DNA of 64,000 nt from Ginglymostoma cirratum (lineage: Eukaryota). Under the pieces are notes generated by a model that did not search any database, was not told the DNA's origin, and saw only the letters and a list, made by a program, of their open reading frames with translations. Numbering within the stretch: position 1 is the stretch's first letter; every line of letters starts with the position of its first letter. A program made the position numbers and the translations under genes. Positions 39,595 through 51,997 of this stretch are shown here, piece by piece. Where the stretch lies: positions 8,307,582-8,371,581 of the forward strand of contig JAHRHZ010000031.1 in NCBI GenBank assembly GCA_024137785.1. The letters run 5' to 3'.

Positions 39595-40003
39595 TTCTCG
39601 ATGGAGTTTAGAAGAATGAGGGGTGATCTAATTAAAACTTACAGAATACTGAATGGCCTGGACAGAGTGGATGTTGGGAAGATGTTTCCATTGGTAGGAG
39701 AGACAAGGACCCGAGGGCACAGCCTTAGAGTAAAGGGAAGACCTTTTCAGGACGGAGATAAGGAGAAACTTCTTGAGCCAGAGAGTGGTGAATCTATGGA
39801 ATTCACTGCCACAGAAGGCTGTAGAGGCCAGGTCATTGAGTACATTTAAGACTGAGACAGATAGGTTCTTGGCTATCAAGGAGATCAAGGGTTGCAGGGA
39901 GAAAGCAGGAGAATGGGGTTAAGAAACTTATCAGCCATGATTGAATGGCAGAGCACACTTGATGGGCTGAACGGCCTAACTTGTGCTCCTGTGTCGTATA
40001 TTC
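39595..40003 (+). mobile_element. CR1 3' fragment
   Basis: ORF 39601 EFRRMRGDLIKTYRILNGLDRVD...TRTRGHSLRVKG. Confidence 0.95.
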
Positions 40004-40769
40004 TTACGGAATTCTGGCCCATCCTTGAGCAGAGGCAACACCGGAAGATGCTCCAGATTTGGATTCCATAGCAAAAGATTCTGACCTTGATTTTATTCAA
40101 TTTGAAAGTTGGTGGAGTTTCTCTGAATTTGTATGGTTCAAATAATGAGCAATGAAAATGCACATTTTTTCTCTGCTTATTGCTGATTTTAAAAAAGACT
40201 AAATGTAATAATGTGCTTCATATCAGCACCTTTTATTTGCCTTCTGGACGTGGATTGAGATTCACATTGGCACAAGAGAAATAAATTGTCTTTTAATACT
40301 CTAATCACAGCATTGAAGTGAATGTATCAACCAATTCCAAATGTCACTCTGAGTAGATAAAAACAGAAGACAGACTAGTATTTCATGACCTCAAATGTCC
40401 CAAAGCACATCGCAAAGCAACTGTACTCCAATGACTGTTACTTTGGAAACAGCAATAAAGATAATCATATTTCAGCTCAATCAGACTAATTGAAAGACAT
40501 AAGAAGCCTAGCTGAACTGAAACATGTTAAAATAGCACAGTGAAGTGTGTTCTGCTGGTGCTAGATCTCAGACGGGATGTTGGGCCTATAGAAGTAGTTT
40601 AACTATTTCTGACCCTGCTAAGCCAACCCAGGAGCCAAAATTTCAAATCAATGGGTCCTCATTGGAACATAATGGTCACTGCAGTGAAGTTAAAGTTGCA
40701 TCTGCACTGTTTAGAAATTGCAGTGGTAAAACAATCATTGGGCCAGTATAATAAACTTTCTGGTGCCTG

Positions 40770-41215
40770 CCAGGATAGCAATATAACTGTCGGACTGGAG
40801 GTGCAATATGCAAATTGGACCTGTACGCAGAGAAAATAGGTGAGGGCTGGTGGGATGCATAGGGAGGAGTTTCAGTTTGGCAAGAAGGGTTTAATGTTGT
40901 CCATTGGGTTAGATGAGATGATAGGTCTCGACCTCAACTGCTGCCTCAGATAGATGTGAAATAAAAATCCCATGATACTATATTGAAGAAGAGCAGGGGT
41001 GTTCTCCGGGGTAGACTGCCCAATATCTGTCCCTGAATCAGCATTACAAAAACAAGTCATCTCGTCATCTCACATTGCTGCTTACGGGACCCTGCTATGC
41101 AAAAAATGATTGCTGCTCTTCCCACTTTACAACAGTGATTGCACATCAAAAGCATTTCATCAATTGTAAAGTACTTAAGATATGCTGAGGCTAAAAAACA
41201 GGACAATATAATTTT
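40770..41215 (+). mobile_element. Deu-domain SINE (SacSINE1-like)
   Basis: atcccatgatactatattgaagaagagcaggggtgttctcc...cacattgctg...gggaccctgct...tacaacagtga matches the recalled Deu domain of AmnSINE1/SINE3/SacSINE1. Confidence 0.75.
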
Positions 41216-43109
41216 ATGATAAGAAAGAATTATCAATAAATTATCCACTTCTACATCGTTATCATATAACTCCATAAAGTGAAGAAAGGATTGTGCCTAC
41301 TAATCCCTCCTGCAGTCCCCATGGCAATACCTTCAATCAGAATCTACTTGCCGGGTATGAGGTGGTTCAGCTAACTAAGATTGACAGTTAATCAGTCCTG
41401 CTGCGTCTCCATGCCATTGCCCAACTAATCAGCACTTCTCATGCTATAAAATTGGTATTCCATTTCCAAGTTTGGTTTCTTCCATCTCAATTCTGCTAGC
41501 TGCCAGCAGTTTTGAATTTGTGCATTTATTTTAATGGTCTGTACTTCTAAGCAATTATTTATCCACGTTTCATGATACAATTCAAACATTCTGAACTAGA
41601 ACCATTTATGCTTATTCAGTACCATAGTACATTTACCAGACATGAAACACTCCACAGGTTCAAAAATCCATCATCCAAATTAGTGCAAAACAGGCCAAGG
41701 TGATTTAGCAGTCTATTTTGCGTTATGTCCGATTTTCATTTCAGCAAAGCCAGAATGACAATCACGTCCTTAACTTCTTGACAGCATTGCAATGATGAGT
41801 CTAATTCAACATTGTAACCTCTTGTCTTCTTTCCAACTGGAGTAGTCTCAAAGTCAACATGACGAATTTTTGTGCATCCAACGTGTTGCTAAACATTGGA
41901 CATCAATGTCCATAACAATCTCTGCAAGAGTTTAGTGCTTCTTTTTAAGGTTCACTAAATATGCGAGGTAATAGAACAATTATTTAAACTAATTGTGTAA
42001 TACTGCAATTTCTGGCATGCCTGTCAATGGTAACCGAGACACTTCTGTAATTGTTTCAATAATTTCAATGCTGATTAATGTTCACATTCAAACACAATTT
42101 AAATTTGAGAATCACAGGTAAAGTTTTTTTAATTCTGCAAGAGTGCACTGGTTTTGTGCATGGCAAAGCTGACAAGTCCAAAATGCTATTTTATTTGATT
42201 CTCCATTTGCCAAAATGTCTCCAAAGCAATCTTAAATTAATAAGAAAAATATATATATCAGACAGTATCTGAAATTATGACTCATACTTCAAGGTATGAC
42301 TAGCATGAGAGTGAATTTGTTTTTCTGTTAAGTAATCCACTGTTGTTTTTCAAATGCAATTTATGATTTGTCAATATTGCAGAAAAGTGTTTGTTTATTT
42401 TTAAATGGACCAAATGCACCTTTGAGCCAGGCAGCAAAGCATTTTGATTAGGCTTGTGTGACCTCAAATGAAATTGTATATTTGTGTGATGTCAACTGCA
42501 TTCCTTAAGAAAAGCAAATAAAAGAAATAAAAATAGATTGGAATCAGCTTTTCATTGAATAAATGAGTTATAAATGAGAAAGGAGTAAAATCGATTCTTT
42601 CGTTCCCAATACGTGATGCTGCTTTCCTCTAGGTGGACCTTGCACTGCCCATTCTCTGCACTGATAAAACTGAGACTGGGTAATACATCAACGAAAATCA
42701 AACTGTCAGTGAAATGCATTGTTGTGTCTGTTGGTTGAGTAGTCTCATAACATAATTCTTTGATTCAGGAGAAAAAAAAACCATTAGAAACACCACCAGG
42801 TAATAAATGAAGCTCAGTAACCCAATTAAACAGAAATCATCACATGCTTGAAGATAAAATCGCTTTGAACAAAATTCCACTCTTCAAAGATGCAACACTT
42901 TCAGCTGCTTTCACATTTTTAAAATGTGAGCAAAAGACTGATTAGCATTAAAGGTTGGTAAATGCCTTTCAAGGAAACACTAGACCAGGTTTAATTGTAT
43001 AATAAATGAATCTGTGAGCTGGTCAGAGCTCTAATCAATTCCTGTGAGTAACCTCAATTGAATGATCAGGGACCTGTACACTTAAATCATAAAAATGCAA
43101 TCAAGGAAT

Positions 43110-43470
43110 CCTAATAGCTCAGTTGCTAATTGTGTTGTCCAATATGGAACCAAGCCAGAGAAGAGCAGCAAAGTTTCACATTTGTGCTGAATTAAACAAC
43201 ACAGAAAAAATTAGATGATTGAATAGCAAAAGAAGTATTAAAATTTGCCTCAGCTAGTGAAGGAGAGCAAAATCAACCTGCTGTTTCCCATCAATTAATT
43301 GTTCTCGCTGCCCAGTGTAGAAATCTGACGAGGATAGGATAGAACCTTGCTTACCTACTCATCATGATTTTATGGCTTTCAATGCTCACAGTTCAAGTTT
43401 GCATGTGAAGAATGATAAGTTGAATAAGGTACCAAAGAGCAGACAGGAGCTGTAAAACTGTCGCCCCAAA
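43110..43470 (+). mobile_element. Old UCON3-like SINE
   Basis: atagctcagttg head, tgtgctgaatta, aaaatcaacc, gaggataggat and catgtgaagaatg...aggtacc follow the order of the recalled UCON3 consensus. Confidence 0.5.
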
Positions 43471-43760
43471 AAATGTCCTTGACTGAATCAGCGAAGGAAG
43501 CAATACATACATTGTGCTCTTAATGCATTGTACGATTTAAGAATTTAGAAAATCCTGTTTAGCAATTAAGTATGAGTTCGACTGAGATGCAATCTGAAAT
43601 TATGTAATGATGAGTAAAATATCAGTGTTTTATCAAAGTATTTGGAACTGCAAACTTTCTAACTGTTTCCACAAACTCACTATAATAATTGACCTGAACC
43701 AAGGAAAAATGCATCATCATAAAGCCTTTCAATTACGAGTTCTCTATTTTGAATGGAAAA

Positions 43761-43970
43761 CATGATGTGGAGGTGCCGGTTTTGGACTGGGGTGGTCAAA
43801 GTCAGAAATCACATGACACCAGGTTATAGTCCAACAGGTTTATTTGAAATTACAAGCTTTCGGACTGCTGCTCCTTCATCAGGCGACATTCACCTGACAA
43901 AGGAACAGTGCTCTGAAAGTTTAGTGATTTTAAATAAACCTGTTTGGCTGTAACCTCGTGACTTATGATG
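43761..43970. mobile_element. Penelope-like fold-back palindrome (family C)
   Basis: aggttatagtccaacaggtttatttgaaattacaagctttc...tcagg is inverted against cctgac...gaaagtttagtgattttaaataaacctgtttggctgtaacct. TSD ttgaatggaaaa (43749-43760) and ttggatggaaaa (43971-43982). Confidence 0.85.
43854..43882 (-). ncRNA. Minimal hammerhead ribozyme core (family C)
   Basis: Minus strand reads CTGATGA-A-GGA-GCAGCAG-TCC-GAAA-GC-TT, with palindromic AGCT stem III. The other arm shows the stem I pair tcac/gtga. Confidence 0.6.
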
Positions 43971-45958
43971 TTGGATGGAAAAGACTGCAGGATGGAGGAG
44001 AAGCAAAATGTGAGTAAGGGAGTTGAAAGTGGATAGCTGAAGAGAAAGGGGAGAGAGAAAAGAAAATTATTTGGCATTGGATGCGCTATTGTTCAGGGTT
44101 GAAAGTGAAATTAAACCATGTGAATAACCCTGGGTTGAAAATGTTTGTGTTCCCTACTGTAACTTTAATAGACATATTCTAACCTTGGTCTATCTCAGAC
44201 TCTTCTTATCTCTGTCTGAATTCTAATTACCTTTTCCTTTCACGTTCGATGGACACATTTTAAATGGAAGATAACAAGTTTATCTGAACTGTCACAGAAG
44301 CATTATTCTATTATCTAAGTCAAGAATAGCCAAACTTTCATAGCTGCAGTGGTGATTGGAGGAACTGTAGCTGACAAGGAGCTGTTCCAACAGATCCCCA
44401 GAGGTCATGTCATTTTTATGTTGATCGTGCTTCATCTATGAAAGAATACTTCCAAGTGTCCTATATTATCATGGTAAATAATAATCTTACCATCATACTT
44501 TATTACTAAATGAAGTTTAACAAAATGCCAATAAGTCCTTTCACTAACTCAAATCCTGTAAGCAGTGAAAGTGCAGCAAAAGCAAGGCTGCGTAGTTCTC
44601 GAAAGAGTCGATCACTTTTTTTTAAAATCAGAAAACTCATCTTAAATGTATTTTGTCTAGACTTCCTTCACATATGAATAAGTCACTTTGCTGCAATTGT
44701 AATTCCTCACCCAGTAGCTGAACAGTTGATAGAAGATCACCAGAGATGCGACTGGCACACCCACAGTTTGTATAAGGACAGGATGGCAGGGAGGTTCTGA
44801 ATGTAATACCATTCAAATGAAAGTCTCTCAATTGGAAACTGATTCACTCTCCAGTTACAGTCGGACCCACTGACTATTTTCATTTTCTGTTTGTTTGTGG
44901 ACAACCCACAATAGCTAAAGTTTCCGAGAGGATGCTTCTCACTTCCTAATGTTCCTTTTGTCACTCCTCACTGTTGTCTCAACTTAATCAGCTAGGGCCC
45001 ACAACACATCACAATAGCAGTAACTTAGTCATTGAAGAGTCACACTTCAAGATATTCGAATGCTTACACCTCAGAAGTGTCATGGCGAGTTCAGCACGAA
45101 AAGGTGTGTGCTGTCTTTCCACATCCAAATTTTATTATCGAGTTGCTAAGCTTGTGTTTCTCTTCCTTCTCAAGGAGTGTTTCCCTCGCATGAGATCTGA
45201 CTATGTACCACTTTTGAGTTGCCTATGTGACAGTAAATCAATATCGTGCCCAAAGACTGACTTAAACGGAGAGCCAGGAATTTCCTAGGTGCTGTCCCAG
45301 CCTCCAATTTTGTAGCTTTAGATCAGACTATAGCAAAGCTATAATTGCAGATGTGGTGACTTTCACATGCACAGCCATTATCCACATAGACAAGATGGTA
45401 AATCCATAATGACCTGTGTGTGTTAGTCATGGAAATAAAAAAAAAAATTTGTGATGCACAAGGATATAGACAAAGTGCTGTACCATGAAGTGCTGCAATA
45501 TTAGTACATCTGTTTCTAAGAACCCTCATTTCAACGTTCTGTCAATTCAAGCATCCCAACTGAATCAATGCTGGATTTATCACAGTACAGTTCCAGATCA
45601 CATGTATGATTCCCATGTCAGCCATGTACCCTTCACTGGCAATGCTCTATCTGATAAAAAAAATACCTTGCAAACATTGTCCCAGACGTCATCAATATCC
45701 CCACAATATTTTTTTGTTCCTGCAGTAGAACAGTCTGACCAGTCTGCTGGCACAGTGGGACACTGTTGGGAGTAGTCCTGGGACCTTCAAGATTGATTCC
45801 AAACTCCATGGGGTCTCATGGCATCAGTCAAACATAGACATGGAAACCTCCTGTTGGTTATCAGCATTCCATTCAGTGCTATTTCATGTTGAAATCACTT
45901 AGAAGAAACACTGAGGATAGCAAAAACACAAATGTACTCTGCATGGAGTTTTTTAATA

Positions 45959-46264
45959 TCATAGAATCCCTACAGTGTGGAAACAGGCCCTTCAGCCCAA
46001 CAAGTACACACTGACCCCCAGAGCATTCCACCCAGACCAATCCCCCTAATCTACACCTCCCTGAACACTACAGACAATTTAGCATGGCCAATCCACCTAA
46101 CCTACACATCTTTGGAGTGTGGGAGGAAACCAGAGCATCCAGAGGAAACCACACAGACACAGGGAGAATGTGCAAACTCCACACAGTCACCCAAGGGTGG
46201 AATTGAACCCAGGTCCCTGGTGCTGTGAGGCAGCAGTGCTAACCACTGAGCCACCATGCCACCC
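45959..46264 (-). mobile_element. HE1-type V-SINE, full length
   Basis: catagaatccctacagtgtgg...gagaatgtgcaaactccac...gcagcagtgctaaccactgagccacc. Confidence 0.95.
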
Positions 46265-46519
46265 CATAATCCATCACAAAGAACTATTGGGGAGTGCCAT
46301 GAGTGACTGAGTTGTGTAATTCTTGAAGGAGAAAACTGCCAGAATGGGTTTGTGACAGGCAATTAGAAAGTCAGAATGTGGTGAAGGTCTACTTGACCTC
46401 ATCCTTACCTTTTGCAGAACCATCTTCCCATGATGTTATTAGTAGGAATGACTATCTCAGTTCCTGTGGAACCCAAGTCATGTCTTTGAGGAAACCATCT
46501 ACTATATAGTGTGGCAGCA

Positions 46520-47524
46520 TCTTATAAAGCTGAAGTCGACCCCACTCTAATGACTAAAACCAAAACACCCAGAGAGACTTGCCTCACCCTATAATCTGTT
46601 AAAAGGAGTGTGAAAAATGTTATAACCTTCCTCTCGCCCTCAAGCTGTTACAACAGTGTAGTTAAATGAAATGAACTCCTTTCACTCACTCCATAATCAA
46701 TAAGTAACAATTTATTTATCGAATTTTAATGGGGAAAAATTTAACTGAACCATTAACAAACCGAAAAATCCACCCCCCCCCTTAACTATTAACTATTCCT
46801 GAGTAAATTCTAATGGTGTGCTGTTCCAATAAATACAAATTCCACTTATATAAACCAAATTAATAAACAAACAAAAAAAACTTAAAACTTAATTTCTTGA
46901 AATTACAGCCAAAATACATCTTCCAGAATGTTCTGTGCTTTCTCCGCTGTTCTTCGTTCAGGAACACCTTTCTCCACCGAATTCTTGTGTCAGGAATATT
47001 AGCTAAGTGTGCCGCTGTACCTTTAGTTAGATGATGGTTACTCTGAGAGCTTAGAGAATTCTGTGAGAGCCAGCGATTTGTCTATCGAGCTGATGGTTGT
47101 TAACTCTTTCAGATGGCAGTTGCTCTCAACTGATTTTCAAATGTCTTCTTCTTTTATACCCTTGATGACATATCAATTTCTTACAATAGAATTGGTCCTG
47201 AGTTGTCAAAACCATTAGATTTAAATTTAATTGGTTTTTAGTCACTCAGTGCCTGTTTTAAATTTAATTGGCTGATATTCAAACTGATTGCCTTGATAAC
47301 AAAACATGACTCCTGCCTGGGTTGCTAACCTTACAGCCTTTTGATACAAATGTTTCAATTCCAGGAACTCTCTGTGCATGTGCAGATTTTTAAAAAATCT
47401 GCACGGGTAGGAAAAGCACATCTTCTTTTAAGTGGAAAACACACTCTTCCCCCTATCATTTTACAAAGAAATTCTAAACGTCCCACCTTCCAATCCACAA
47501 GTACTCTCACCTAGTTTCACAACA
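46520..47524 (-). mobile_element. Probable solo LTR, about 1.0 kb
   Basis: Cleanly interrupts the LINE. Termini tcttataaagct and agtttcacaaca are loosely inverted (8/12). The minus strand has CCAAT boxes (about 47191, 47230, 47267), then TATAAAAG (about 47151-47158), then AATAAA (about 46711), in U3-R-U5 order. Confidence 0.6.
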
Positions 47525-47983
47525 ACTATTACTTGCGTGAAATGATAAATTCAGAATAGATTTGGCAGCTGAAAACTGGGCATTCAGGTGAGTCATCAGC
47601 CGTAGCAGAATTATATTCACTCACAATTTGTAAGCCTGTACCCTGGCATATTCCCTACTCTGCCATTACCTTCAAGGTAAGGAATCACTCCTGGTTCAGT
47701 GAGAAGTGTTGGAGAGCATGCCAAGAGTATCATCAGGCAAATAGAAAAATGAGCTATTCGCAAGGTGAAGTTAATTGATAGAAATACAATCTTGATAAAC
47801 TACACAAGCACCATTATAGCATTATTAGCAATTCCACAACCAATGGATCCAATCAGAGATTTCCAATCAGATTATTGTGATATGGTGCCTGCAATGGGAA
47901 GGAGGGGCTCCATGAATTTCTGATCTAGAAATGATAGCAGAATCCATCACGTCAGCGCAAAAAGCGATGTTGAAATGTTTACA

Positions 47984-48447
47984 GAGATACCAAGGTGTAC
48001 AGCTGGACGAACACAGCAGGCCAAGCAGCATCAGAGGAGCAGGAAGGCTGATGTTGCGGGCCTAGACCTTTCTTCAGAAATGGGGGAGGGGAAGGGGGTT
48101 CTGAAATAAATAGAGAGAGAGGGGGAGGCGGATAGAAGATGGATAGAGGAAAAAATGGGTGGAGAGGAGACAGACAGGTCAAAGAGGTGGAGATGGAGCC
48201 AGTAAAGGCACCGCCTCTTAGACCTGTCTGTCTCCTCTCCACCCATTTTTTCCTCTATCCATCTTCTATCTGCCTCCCCCTCTCTCCCTATTTATTTCAG
48301 AACCCCCTTCCCCTCTCCCATTTCTGAAGAAGGGTCTAGGCCCGCAACGTCAGCCTTCCTGCTCCTCTGATGCTGCTTGGCCTGCTGTTTTCATCCAGCT
48401 CTACCTTGGTATCTCAGATTTTCCAGCATCTGCAGTTCCTACTATCT
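47984..48447. mobile_element. Penelope-like fold-back palindrome (family A), complete
   Basis: Arms 47984-48190 and 48211-48415, a 20-nt spacer, and a 32-nt tail at 48416-48447. Exact 14-bp TSD ttgaaatgtttaca at 47970-47983 and 48448-48461. Confidence 0.95.
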
Positions 48448-49164
48448 TTGAAATGTTTACAACCATTTTCAGACAAAGTGTCAAGTAAATGATCAATGCT
48501 GATCTCCTCCTACATCCCAGCATCACAGATTCAATTTAATTCACCTCACGTGATATCAAGAAAAGACTGAAGATCCTGGATTCAGGAAAGGTTCCTGATA
48601 ATAGAGTGGTTGGCTTGCTGAAGACTTGTGCTCTAGAACTAGCTATGCCTTTAATCAAACTGTTCCAATGCAGTGATTATTATTTACGTGACATGTGGAA
48701 ACTTCCTGAGGTATGTCTGGTCCACAGAAAGCATAGACAAATTGAATCTGGATAATTATTGCCCAAATCCACTCTCACGTATCAGAAGGGATATAAATTT
48801 TCTCAAATGGCATTTACACAACAACTTCCAGCCCACCAATGCTTAGTGTGGGCTACAATCCTCAATGCTGCCTTCATCCAAACAGAACAACGGAGCTAAT
48901 TCCAGATGCGAGGTTATAATGAATGTCTTTGACATCCAGGTAGCATTTGATTGAGTGTGGCACCAAGGAACAATAGCAAAACTGGAGGTAACTCTTTGCT
49001 TAATAGAGCCATACTGAACACAAAGTTGACAACAACTTTCAGACGACTTGTTGAAATACTTAGTCCATAGATCACTGGAGGACATTTTAGTAGCTATTTC
49101 AATATCACTTAGCAATACTGTTGTTTTTCATTTTGCTTGCAATCTGCAAGCACATTTACAAAAT

Positions 49165-49537
49165 TCCTTCATGACATGTGGACATTGCTGGCAAGGCCAA
49201 TATTTGTTGTTCATTCCCTCTTGCTGTTGAACTAGGTTGTTTGCTAGGGTTATTTAAGCGGCCAGTTGAAAGACAATCATGCTGCTGTGGGTCTGGATTC
49301 AAATATAGGCCAGACCAGCTAAACATAACAGATTTCCTTCCTTAAAAGACATTAGTGAAGCAGATAGGTGTTTATGAATTTATTATTTGTTAATGATAGT
49401 GTCATTGTCACGATCACAGGGAACAGCTCTCAATTCCAAATTGAGTTTAAGTTCTCTGAGCTGCTGCGTATCCATCCTTTGTGCATTAGTCTGGGCCTCT
49501 GAATTACTAGTCCAGTGACGTAACCACTGTGACACTG
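49165..49537 (-). mobile_element. Short SINE, same family as 29650-30057
   Basis: gctgtgggtctgg...ataggccagaccag...cagatttccttccttaaaagacattagtgaa matches 3298-3373. Head ends tagtccagtgacgtaaccact. LINE-type tail at 49170-49230. Confidence 0.75.
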
Positions 49538-49781
49538 TCTATCTCTGTCATCTGTTGTATTACAGTTAACCTGCCTTCATTAACTCCACTTCACATTTTG
49601 CCCAGCGCATTGTCATCTTTGCCTCTTCTGCTTTGGCACCAATGCAAAAATACCCAATTTGCATTTTAGAATCCCAACGACTGGAATAAACTGGAAACAG
49701 CACTTGGCTTAACAACCGATCTGGCATTCCCTACCTCCCATGCAACCCCTGACAAGAATTTGTTATCTCCACGCTTCCAAA

Positions 49782-49838
49782 AAAAATTAACTTTTTTTTA
49801 TTTTTTAAATTTTTTTATTTTTTTTATATTTTTTTATT
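49782..49838. repeat. T-rich low-complexity tract
   Basis: (TTTTTTA)n-like run. Confidence 0.8.
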
Positions 49839-50005
49839 GAGACTGTAATTAAATCCAAATTCCCACAGCTTCCAACTCAACTAGAAGGCTTTTCATGCAA
49901 GGTACATATGGTAAGTTATATAAACAAATATGCATTCGTTTAAAAATATCATGAGAGCAGAAAGGCTTAAAAATGACCTGTATCCAATAGTAGGCTCATC
50001 ACCTT

Positions 50006-50170
50006 GAGCATCTGTGAAGAAAAAATCAGAGTTAATGTTTCGGGTCCGGTGACCCTTCCTCAGAACCTGACCTGAAACGTTAACTCTGATTTTTTTCCTC
50101 ACAGATGCTGAGCTTTTCCAGCAATTTCTGTTTTTGTTCCTGATTTACAGCATCCGCAGTTCTTTTGGTT
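50006..50170. mobile_element. Penelope-like fold-back palindrome (family B)
   Basis: agcatctgtgaagaaaaaatcagagttaatgtttcgggtc is inverted against gacctgaaacgttaactctgatttttttcctcacagatgct. Exact 10-bp TSD tcatcacctt at 49996-50005 and 50171-50180. Confidence 0.9.
50031..50066 (-). ncRNA. Minimal hammerhead ribozyme core (family B), one CpG-type change in stem III
   Basis: Minus strand reads GTT-CTGAGGA-A-GGGTC-ACCG-GACCC-GAAA-CA-TT-AAC. Stem I is GTT/AAC and stem II has 5 bp. The other arm retains GAAACGTT (50074-50081). Confidence 0.55.
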
Positions 50171-50204
50171 TCATCACCTTTAGTGTCTAGACAATGTGAT
50201 GAAC

Positions 50205-50740
50205 AATTTTTAAAAGCTAATAAAATCCTGGATAAATGGGTGGAACAGGAAAATACAAGTCTCTTGAGACTGCAACTGCAATTTCACAGTGTACAGGTCA
50301 GAGAACGTTCTGGAGTGTGTGTTCGATTCTGGCCACACACTAGATAAGTCATACAGGCTTTGGGAAAGATAAAGTGACAAATTGCTGGCCTGATCCCAAG
50401 TATAAATACAATAAACTAGAAAAAAAACTGCAGATGCTCAAACCCCAGGAAACAAGTCAGTTAAGATGTGAAACATCACAAGCTACAGCTAAACTAAAAC
50501 TAGACTTTAAAATTAGCTATCAAATCTCAACTAGAGGCCGCAGGTTTAGAATTATGAAAAATCCATTTCACGCGCAATTGAGAAGAAGACCTCTGGTTTG
50601 AAAAAGTTATGAACATTTGGAAAACTTTGCCAGATGAAGTAACACCATTGTAGCTATTCAAGGACCAAAAAGAATTTGAAGCATGAGAAGTACAGTACTA
50701 AAGATGTCAGTTTTGATGAGTGAAATAGGTCTTTCCTCCG
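50205..50740 (+). mobile_element. Decayed CR1 3' fragment
   Basis: tctggagtgtgtgttcgattctggcc (LEYCVQFW-like) and actagaggccgcaggtttagaatt (TRGH-like). Confidence 0.5.
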
Positions 50741-51132
50741 AGTGTTTTCTTTCTCTTATACTACAATGAGATGGGTTTTCTGAACAAGCATGGCAGAGGG
50801 GGTAGCAAATTGTTGCTGAATGCTTCGACAGCTAGACTTTGAAAACTCCGGGAATAAGCATTGAAATCTGAGACTCCTGTAACACAAACAATCCCTATCA
50901 ATTTAGATGTGCAAAAGTAACACATCTAAGTTTTGTTTCTAGATGTGTAGATAGCTTTTAAAAATTAACAAACACTCCAAGGCAATTCCCAGGAGTATTA
51001 CCAAACAAAATGAAACATTAAGCCACTTTGGAAGATATTACTCAAGATGATTGAAAGTTTGGACATCTTAAAGAGTCAGGAGGTCGAGGCATTGCTGAGG
51101 TTAAGGATTTTGCAGCCAAGATTGTGGCTGAC

Positions 51133-51470
51133 TATAGTATCATAGAATCCCACGAGTGTGGAACACAGCCATTCAACCCAATGAGCCTTCACTGACCCTC
51201 CTACCAGCATTCCAAACAGATCCCTACCATATCCCCAGGACTTATCATTTATTGTGGCTACAGATCCCTTGACATGACACATAATTAAGCATGGCCAATC
51301 CACCTAACCATCACATCTTTGGACTGTGGGAGGAAACCAGAACACACAGAGGAAACCTATGCAGACACAAGGAAAAATGTGCAAACTCCACACAGACAGT
51401 CACCCAAGACTGGTAGTGAACCTGAGACCCTGGAGCTGTGAGGCAGCAGTGCTAACCACTGAGCCACTGT
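51133..51470 (-). mobile_element. HE1-type V-SINE inside an L2 remnant (about 50950-51990)
   Basis: catagaatccc...atgtgcaaactccacacagacagtcaccc...gtgctaaccactgagccac. Confidence 0.9.
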
Positions 51471-51997
51471 TGGAACAATTATGTGAAGAATTAAAACCAG
51501 AGGTATTCAAGAGGTCAGAATTGGAGGAATACAGGAACCTCCAAAGGATGCCAGGCTGGAAGAGATCACAGTGATCGGGAGTGGCAAGATTATCTCTGAA
51601 AAAAAAACTCAAACATTTTTTGATCACTTGTGACAATAATTCTAATACCAGCTCTACAAATCTGAACCACAGGCCTTGACACTCACTTGGAGCCATGAAG
51701 AGTGTGGTGGGTGTTTGTGTGGGAGCACAGAAGGGTTTTTTTTCTTACAAATCTTGGAAACACTGCACGCTTGACTTGAAGGATGTTATTAAAACAATCC
51801 CAGCAGATTTCGTACCTGGCAACAAGCCTGACTGGGATGCTGATTTGTTGGGGATGAAAACCAGTGGGAAACAGATTTCGAATAAATAGGAGCTTGTGGG
51901 AAGCAGGGGGCAAATGAGAGGACTCAGGAGGCTGGGGAGATAGAGATCAAGGAATGTGTAAGCTTGTTGTGCTTAGAGGAAACACTCTTACAATCAG

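Larger units (their letters stand above)
45660..49030 (+). mobile_element. Decayed APE-RT LINE (family of 1512-3566) with three nested insertions
   Basis: 45660-45950 matches the reverse complement of 2780-3030 (APE). It resumes at 46265, 47525 and 48448, and ends near gcatttgattgagtgtggcaccaagga (AFD-VWHQG, an RT motif). Confidence 0.75.

Noticed and set aside
47984-48447. DNA-transposon MITE or pre-miRNA interpretation of the palindromes
   Set aside because: TSD length varies (10-16 bp), the ends are asymmetric with a tail, arm length varies and a hammerhead core is present. These fit retrotransposed Penelope-like termini better.
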